This document shows, one piece after another, positions 59,384 through 64,000 of a stretch of DNA of 64,000 nucleotides. The DNA is from Tannerellaceae bacterium (GTDB taxonomy: Bacteria > Bacteroidota > Bacteroidia > Bacteroidales > Tannerellaceae), in NCBI GenBank assembly GCA_021201295.1, contig JAJQFE010000021.1, forward strand, positions 8,208 through 72,207, given 5' to 3'. The notes under the pieces are model-generated. The model was not told where the DNA came from, made no database searches, and worked only from the letters and a program-made list of their open reading frames with translations. Made by a program: the position numbers and the translations under genes. Positions within the stretch are counted from its first letter, which is position 1. Every line of letters starts with the position of its first letter.

Positions 59384-59449
59384 AGGGATTCCGGACAATT
59401 TTTATATCTTTATGCCGGAAAAATACATAATACTATTATAAATAATATC

Positions 59450-61333
59450 ATGAAATTACAACTAATTGACATTCTCATCATAGCACTTTATCTGGTCGCT
59501 ATGATTGTGATCGGTCTGATGCTGAAAAAGAAAGCATCGAAAAACTTAGACTCCTATTTTCTGGGAGGAAAAACCCTGCCTTTTTATATGCTGGGACTGT
59601 CCAATGCTTCCGGAATGTTTGATATTTCGGGAACTATGTGGATGGTATATCTTTCTTTTGTCTATGGTTTGAAATCCCTATGGATTCCCTGGTTATGGCC
59701 GGTGTTCAATCAGATTTTCCTGATGATTTATCTTTCTATCTGGTTACGTCGTTCCAATGTACTGACCGGAGCCGAATGGATACGGACCCGCTTCGGATAT
59801 GGGAAAGGGGCTAATCTATCCCATACTATTGTCATTTTATATGCTGTAGTTGGAGTACTGGGTTTCCTGAGTTACGGGTTTATAGGGATCGGTAAATTTA
59901 TGGAGATCTTTTTCCCGTGGGAGATCGTCTCACAGTATGTGCCTTTTGATGTAGCTCCTGAATATGTTCCCCATGTCTATGGCATTTTCTTTACGACTAT
60001 TGCCACCTTTTATGTGATGCTGGGGGGGTTACTGAGTATTGTGTGGACAGATGTGGTCCAGTTTCTGATTATGACGGTAGCAGGAGTGGTAATTGCCGTT
60101 ATTGCTATGACAAAAGTAAGCCCGGATATGCTGGCAGCACGTGTACCGGATGGCTGGAATAGTCCTTTCTTTGGCTGGCATCTGGATCTGGACTGGAGCG
60201 GGCTGATTCCGTCCGTAATGGACAAAATGGCTGCTGATCAGTATGGCTTGTTTACGATTGTGGTGATGATGATGCTTTTCAAAGGAATTTTCCTGAGTAT
60301 GGCAGGTCCTGCTCCTAACTATGATATGCAGAAAATCCTGGCTTGTAAAAGCCCGAAAGAGGCAGCTCTGATGAGCGGCTCGGTACCGGTGATTCTGTTG
60401 ATCCCCAGATACCTGATGATCATGGGGTTTGCTGTGCTGGCCATCGTGTTCTTTAGTGATGATTTCGTGGCTATGGGAGCGGACATAGATTTTGAGACAA
60501 TTCTTCCGAGAGCTATCGGGGAGTTTGTTCCGGTAGGGTTAGCCGGTCTGTTGCTGGCTGGTCTGTTAGCTGCTTTTATGTCTACATTTGCTTCTACTGT
60601 CAATGCAGCTCCTGCTTATCTGGTGAATGATGTCTATCTGAAATATATCAATCCGGGTGCACCTGCTAAAGTGCAGATCCGTGCCAGTTATCTGGTTTCA
60701 GTATTAGTTGTGGTGATCAGTACAGTGATCGGATTTTTTGTGGAAAATATTAATTCCGTATTGCAGTGGATCGTATCCGCTTTGTATGGTGGCTATATTG
60801 CTGCTAACCTTCTGAAATGGCATTGGTGGCGCTTTAATGGATACGGATATTTCTGGGGCATGTTAGTCGGTATTCTGGCTGCTATGATCGTACCGCAATT
60901 CTTCCCGGGTACTATTCCATTGTATTATTTCCCCTTGCTCATGTTTGTTTCCCTGATCGGATGTATTGTAGGGACCTTAATGACAGATCCGATGGATGAA
61001 GATACACTCATCAGGTTTTATGTCCGTGTCCGTCCATGGGGTTTCTGGAAACCTATTGAAAAGAAAGCAATAGAACGGTATCCTCAGGTCAGACGGAATA
61101 CTAACTTCAAACGGGATATGTTTAATGTAGCGGTCGGTATTGTCTGGCAGTTATGTCTGACGATTATCCCGATGTATATTGTGATTAAAGAAGGCTTCCC
61201 GTTAGTTACTTCTATTATTATCCTGGGGATTACCACACTGATATTGAAGAAGAGCTGGTATGATAAGATGAACCGGGAGGAAAAAGAGTACAATGCCTTG
61301 ATGGATGAGTTGAAATTGGAAGAAAAGAAATAA
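59450..61333 (+). CDS. sodium:solute symporter (SSS) family transporter
   Basis: 627-aa ORF with 13-14 TM helices. Confidence 0.75.
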   Translation: MKLQLIDILIIALYLVAMIVIGLMLKKKASKNLDSYFLGGKTLPFYMLGLSNASGMFDISGTMWMVYLSFVYGLKSLWIPWLWPVFNQIFLMIYLSIWLRRSNVLTGAEWIRTRFGYGKGANLSHTIVILYAVVGVLGFLSYGFIGIGKFMEIFFPWEIVSQYVPFDVAPEYVPHVYGIFFTTIATFYVMLGGLLSIVWTDVVQFLIMTVAGVVIAVIAMTKVSPDMLAARVPDGWNSPFFGWHLDLDWSGLIPSVMDKMAADQYGLFTIVVMMMLFKGIFLSMAGPAPNYDMQKILACKSPKEAALMSGSVPVILLIPRYLMIMGFAVLAIVFFSDDFVAMGADIDFETILPRAIGEFVPVGLAGLLLAGLLAAFMSTFASTVNAAPAYLVNDVYLKYINPGAPAKVQIRASYLVSVLVVVISTVIGFFVENINSVLQWIVSALYGGYIAANLLKWHWWRFNGYGYFWGMLVGILAAMIVPQFFPGTIPLYYFPLLMFVSLIGCIVGTLMTDPMDEDTLIRFYVRVRPWGFWKPIEKKAIERYPQVRRNTNFKRDMFNVAVGIVWQLCLTIIPMYIVIKEGFPLVTSIIILGITTLILKKSWYDKMNREEKEYNALMDELKLEEKK

Positions 61334-61378
61334 CTTTGCACTGAAAAACAAAACGTCTACATAAGAGCAAAGAACAAC

Positions 61379-62377
61379 ATGAATGAATTAAAAATTTCAG
61401 GTAATCCATTGCCCGGTATGCCCTGGGAAGATCGCCCGGAGGGTTGTCAGAACGTCATGTGGCGGTTTTCAAAAAATCCGGTCATACCGCGTGATATTTT
61501 ACCTACCTCCAATAGTGTATTTAACAGTGCGGTGGTTCCTTTTAACGGGGGGTATGCAGGTGTGTTCCGTTGTGATGATACGAATCGCCGGATGCGTTTG
61601 CATGTAGGATTTAGTGAGGATGCTGTTCACTGGCAAATTTCAGAGACCAGACTGGAGTTTACGTGTGAAGATAAAGAAATTGGAGAATTTGTTTATGCAT
61701 ACGATCCCCGGGTCTGTTTTATTGAAGACCGGTACTATGTCACCTGGTGTAACGGATATCACGGGCCAACGATTGGAGTGGCTTATACGTTTGATTTCCA
61801 GACTTTCTATCAACTGGAAAATGCCTATTTACCCTTTAACCGGAATGGAGTGATGTTTCCACGGAAGATCCATGGGAATTATGCCATGCTGAGCCGTCCG
61901 AGTGACAACGGTCATACTCCTTTTGGGGATATTTTCTATAGTGAGTCACCGGATCTGTGTTTCTGGGGCAAACACCGGCACGTGATGTCGCCGGCTAAAT
62001 TTGAAGATAGTGCATGGCAATGTATGAAGATCGGAGCAGGACCGATTCCTATTGAAACCTCAGCAGGGTGGTTGTTGATCTATCATGGTGTCCTTCAGTC
62101 CTGTAACGGATATGTATATAGTTTCGGCTCAGCTATTCTGGATCTGGAACAGCCCTGGAAAGTAAAGTACCGGTCAGGTCCTTATCTATTGTCTCCACAG
62201 AAAGAATATGAATGTGTGGGAGACGTTCCGAATGTGGTTTTTCCCTGCACAGCTCTTCATGATCCGGAAACCCGCCGTATAGCAGTCTATTACGGATGTG
62301 CAGATACCGTGACCGGCTTGGCATTCGGTTATATCGATGAGATCCTTGAATTTACCAAGAATCATTCGATTGTATAG
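61379..62377 (+). CDS. GH130 glycoside phosphorylase (beta-1,4-mannosyl-GlcNAc / mannoside phosphorylase-like)
   Basis: 332-aa [16 protein letters not shown]...[19 protein letters not shown] and VFPCTAL...YYGCADT are typical of GH130. It ends in three consecutive stops, TAG TAG TAA. Confidence 0.75.
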   Translation: MNELKISGNPLPGMPWEDRPEGCQNVMWRFSKNPVIPRDILPTSNSVFNSAVVPFNGGYAGVFRCDDTNRRMRLHVGFSEDAVHWQISETRLEFTCEDKEIGEFVYAYDPRVCFIEDRYYVTWCNGYHGPTIGVAYTFDFQTFYQLENAYLPFNRNGVMFPRKIHGNYAMLSRPSDNGHTPFGDIFYSESPDLCFWGKHRHVMSPAKFEDSAWQCMKIGAGPIPIETSAGWLLIYHGVLQSCNGYVYSFGSAILDLEQPWKVKYRSGPYLLSPQKEYECVGDVPNVVFPCTALHDPETRRIAVYYGCADTVTGLAFGYIDEILEFTKNHSIV

Positions 62378-62458
62378 TAGTAAAGAAGTCAAGGAGTTAA
62401 GGAGTCCAGTAGAAAAAATCTACTTAACTACTTTGATTCCTTGACTCCTTTAACTACT
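62375..62458. repeat. hairpin-repeat family copy F (starts at the GH130 triple stop)
   Basis: tagtagtaaagaagtcaaggagttaaggagtccagtag ... ctacttaactactttgattccttgactcctttaactact. Confidence 0.7.
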
Positions 62459-62470
62459 AATCTGCTTCCT

Positions 62471-62519
62471 GAAAAATTGCCTGTCCAGGCGACCACACCC
62501 CGTGCCTGATCAGGCAATT
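62471..62519 (-). terminator. rho-independent terminator for the minus-strand small gene / structured 3' region
   Basis: On the minus strand, AATTGCCTG-ATCAGGC-13 nt-GCCTGGA-CAGGCAATT is followed by TTTTT. Confidence 0.7.
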
Positions 62520-62529
62520 AGTTTATAAT

Positions 62530-62615
62530 TGAAGAAGGGTCCCGTGTTTCCACGGTCACACTACCCCTACTGGGACAGCATGTATACGACCCGGACTGTC
62601 AATTATAGGTTTTCT
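62530..62615 (-). ncRNA. candidate structured RNA (3'UTR element or sRNA) of unknown family
   Basis: On the minus strand there are nested helices GACAG...CTGTC and GGGTC...GACCC, plus CCGTG-GAAA-CACGG (a GNRA tetraloop). It lies between the stop of the 72-aa ORF and the terminator. Confidence 0.25.
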
Positions 62616-62632
62616 TCTATTCTGTCTTTCCC

Positions 62633-62851
62633 CTAATGGAACTTTTCCTTTACGTCGTCAGCCAGTTCCTCACTTTTTTCCTTTACCTTATTCACTGCAT
62701 GTTCAGACTTTTCTTTTACATTATCTGCCCAGTCTTCTGTTTCTACTTTTGCCTTGTCAGCTTCATACCGTGTTTTATCTTTTCCTACCTGAGCTTTGTC
62801 ATCCCAATGCTCGTTAGTCGTATTCTGGATATTATTCAAATCATTCATCAC
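62633..62851 (-). CDS. small hydrophilic Lys/Glu/Asp-rich protein (stress-protein-like)
   Basis: 72-aa ORF with repeated VKEKSE-type units. The antisense 75-aa ORF 62636..62863 is rejected. Confidence 0.5.
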   Translation of the reverse strand: MMNDLNNIQNTTNEHWDDKAQVGKDKTRYEADKAKVETEDWADNVKEKSEHAVNKVKEKSEELADDVKEKFH

Positions 62852-62949
62852 GCAACTTTTTAATTGTATTACTTAGTACAAATTGCTCCGGTAAAAAGTT
62901 TTGTAATTAAAAAGTTTTTTATCTTTACACACCTAATTTAAGAAAGTGT

Positions 62950-63350
62950 ATGTCAATAAAGCGTTTTGGAGTATCGTTAGAAGATGAGATCCTGGAATCA
63001 TTAGATCAGTATGTGATTGATAATGGGTTTGCCAACCGTTCCCAGACCATACGCTTTCTTATCGAAAAAATGTAGCTGAACAAAAATGGCAATGTGACCA
63101 TATTGTCGCCGAAACTATTATTGTAATGTACGACCAGGATAAAAAAGAGATTGCCTCTAAAATTACCGGTATCCAACAACATTATACAGATGTTATCCTT
63201 TCTTCTTCTCAATATTATATTAATAAGAATTTTTGTTTGCATATCGTAACTGTTTTAGGAACTGCTTTCCGTTTAACTGAACTCTCGGATAAACTGACTA
63301 CTATCAAAGGAATTAAGCATGAAAAACTCGTCATGAGCCGCGCCGATTAA
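62950..63350 (+). pseudogene. nikR: NikR-family (ribbon-helix-helix + ACT-like) regulator, frameshifted in an A6 tract
   Basis: ATG 62950 gives MSIKRFGVSLEDEILESLDQYVIDNGFANRSQTIRFLIEK. One extra A in run 63065..63070 joins NVAEQKWQCDHIVAETIIVMYDQDKKE...KGIKHEKLVMSRAD (ORF 63126..63350). Confidence 0.65.
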
Positions 63351-63514
63351 TTTTTTCTCCGTATAGTAGCATACAATCAAAAAAACGTGTTACTTTGTCT
63401 TCTATCCGGTAGAAAAAATACCCACACTGTGATACAGGTAAAAATATTTATTATAAGTGGATTAAATATAATGTTCGGCTGATATAGGTTTAGGAATTGG
63501 TCAGACGTTTATAG

Positions 63515-63548
63515 AACGGGAAAGTATAGTAGACTTTCCCGTTTTTTT
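63515..63548 (+). terminator. rho-independent terminator
   Basis: aacgggaaagt-7 nt-actttcccgtt followed by TTTTT. It lies 165 nt after the nikR-like stop. Confidence 0.65.
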
Positions 63549-63691
63549 ATGTGGGTTATGGAACTTGTCATAAGCATTTTATATTCATATTTTTGAATAT
63601 ATAATCTTTAAATATTTAAATTTGTAAGTATATTTCCTTGGATTAATAAATAAATTAATATAACATAGCATTTAATAATAAAATGAATAGT

Positions 63692-64000
63692 ATGAAAAAA
63701 CTAAGTATGTTGTTTGTTGTGCTTTTTACTGTCACTAACCTAATTCAGGCACAGCACTATCCGTTTAATGGATTGGATATGAATATGGGCAACCTGTCTA
63801 AGTTGTCGAATGCGAAAACCCGTTCTATCAGTCCAGAAAATTTTACCGGTGAGAAGGGGAAAGGCGGCATGGCCGATCCGGTAAAAGACAAAGACATCCT
63901 TAATCAGGCGAATGCCTGGGAAGCTGCGGCAGATCTTGGCAAAGGATGGAAAGTTAATCCGTATATCATTGTTAAACCTGGCGAAACGATTACGATTGCA
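63692..64000 (+). CDS. DUF2961 (GH172-family) protein, N-terminal part; runs off the window end
   Basis: Own translation, an open frame to the window edge: MKKLSMLFVVLFTVTNLIQAQHYPFNGLDMNMGNLSKLSNAKTRSISPENFTGEKGKGGMADP... The RSISPEN..GEKGKGG segment matches DUF2961 N-termini from memory. An alternative ATG lies at 63683. Confidence 0.6.
   Translation, partial: MKKLSMLFVVLFTVTNLIQAQHYPFNGLDMNMGNLSKLSNAKTRSISPENFTGEKGKGGMADPVKDKDILNQANAWEAAADLGKGWKVNPYIIVKPGETITIA

Noticed and set aside
62636-62863. 75-aa plus-strand ORF overlapping the 72-aa minus-strand ORF
   Set aside because: Its hydrophobic Phe/Leu/Cys-rich translation is the mirror of the Lys/Glu-rich repeat protein on the other strand. 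The minus-strand ORF has a downstream terminator in the correct orientation.

Overview
This 64-kb segment looks like a Bacteroidales (Bacteroidota) chromosome: it has TAnnTTTG -7 promoter boxes, TonB-dependent receptors, a TolC/MFP/RND pump and GH20/GH130/GH172 glycan genes. Most of it is housekeeping or ordinary accessory metabolism (mntP, pepT, gcvT, hslR, pth, rplY, glyA, ligA, dapA, ndk, tRNA-Thr, a probable SRP RNA). Four things stand out. (1) 30.04-37.34 kb is a visibly AT-rich ~7.3-kb island with a compact, unclassified RiPP-like locus. It holds a 51-codon ORF absent from the ORF track, with a Bacteroidetes-type double-glycine leader (MKKLKKISIQDKLKELDTLTEQEQSELKGG | YTYGNNSFKINPAGGTIGRTF). 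The other genes are a secreted two-lobed retropepsin-like aspartic protease, a B12-domain radical SAM enzyme, two glycosyltransferases and two paralogous LanC-like helical-repeat proteins. The core peptide has no Cys and there is no C39/ABC exporter. (2) A cysQ-SLC13-cysC-cysD-cysN-sulfotransferase cluster (PAPS synthesis plus sulfotransferase) matches, as I recall it, the steroid-sulfonation locus of B. thetaiotaomicron. (3) Nine genes carry 12 disrupting lesions: 4 in-frame stops at conserved residues and 8 single-base homopolymer frameshifts. This is either a consensus-quality problem or real pseudogenisation or phase variation. (4) Several non-coding signals are present: a family of low-complexity intergenic hairpin repeats, a 22-bp-periodic GGTGCACC palindrome array, an SRP-like RNA abutting tRNA-Thr, and a structured 3' region. 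All coordinates were counted by hand from the printed sequence, and all homology calls are by eye and from memory, with no searches run.
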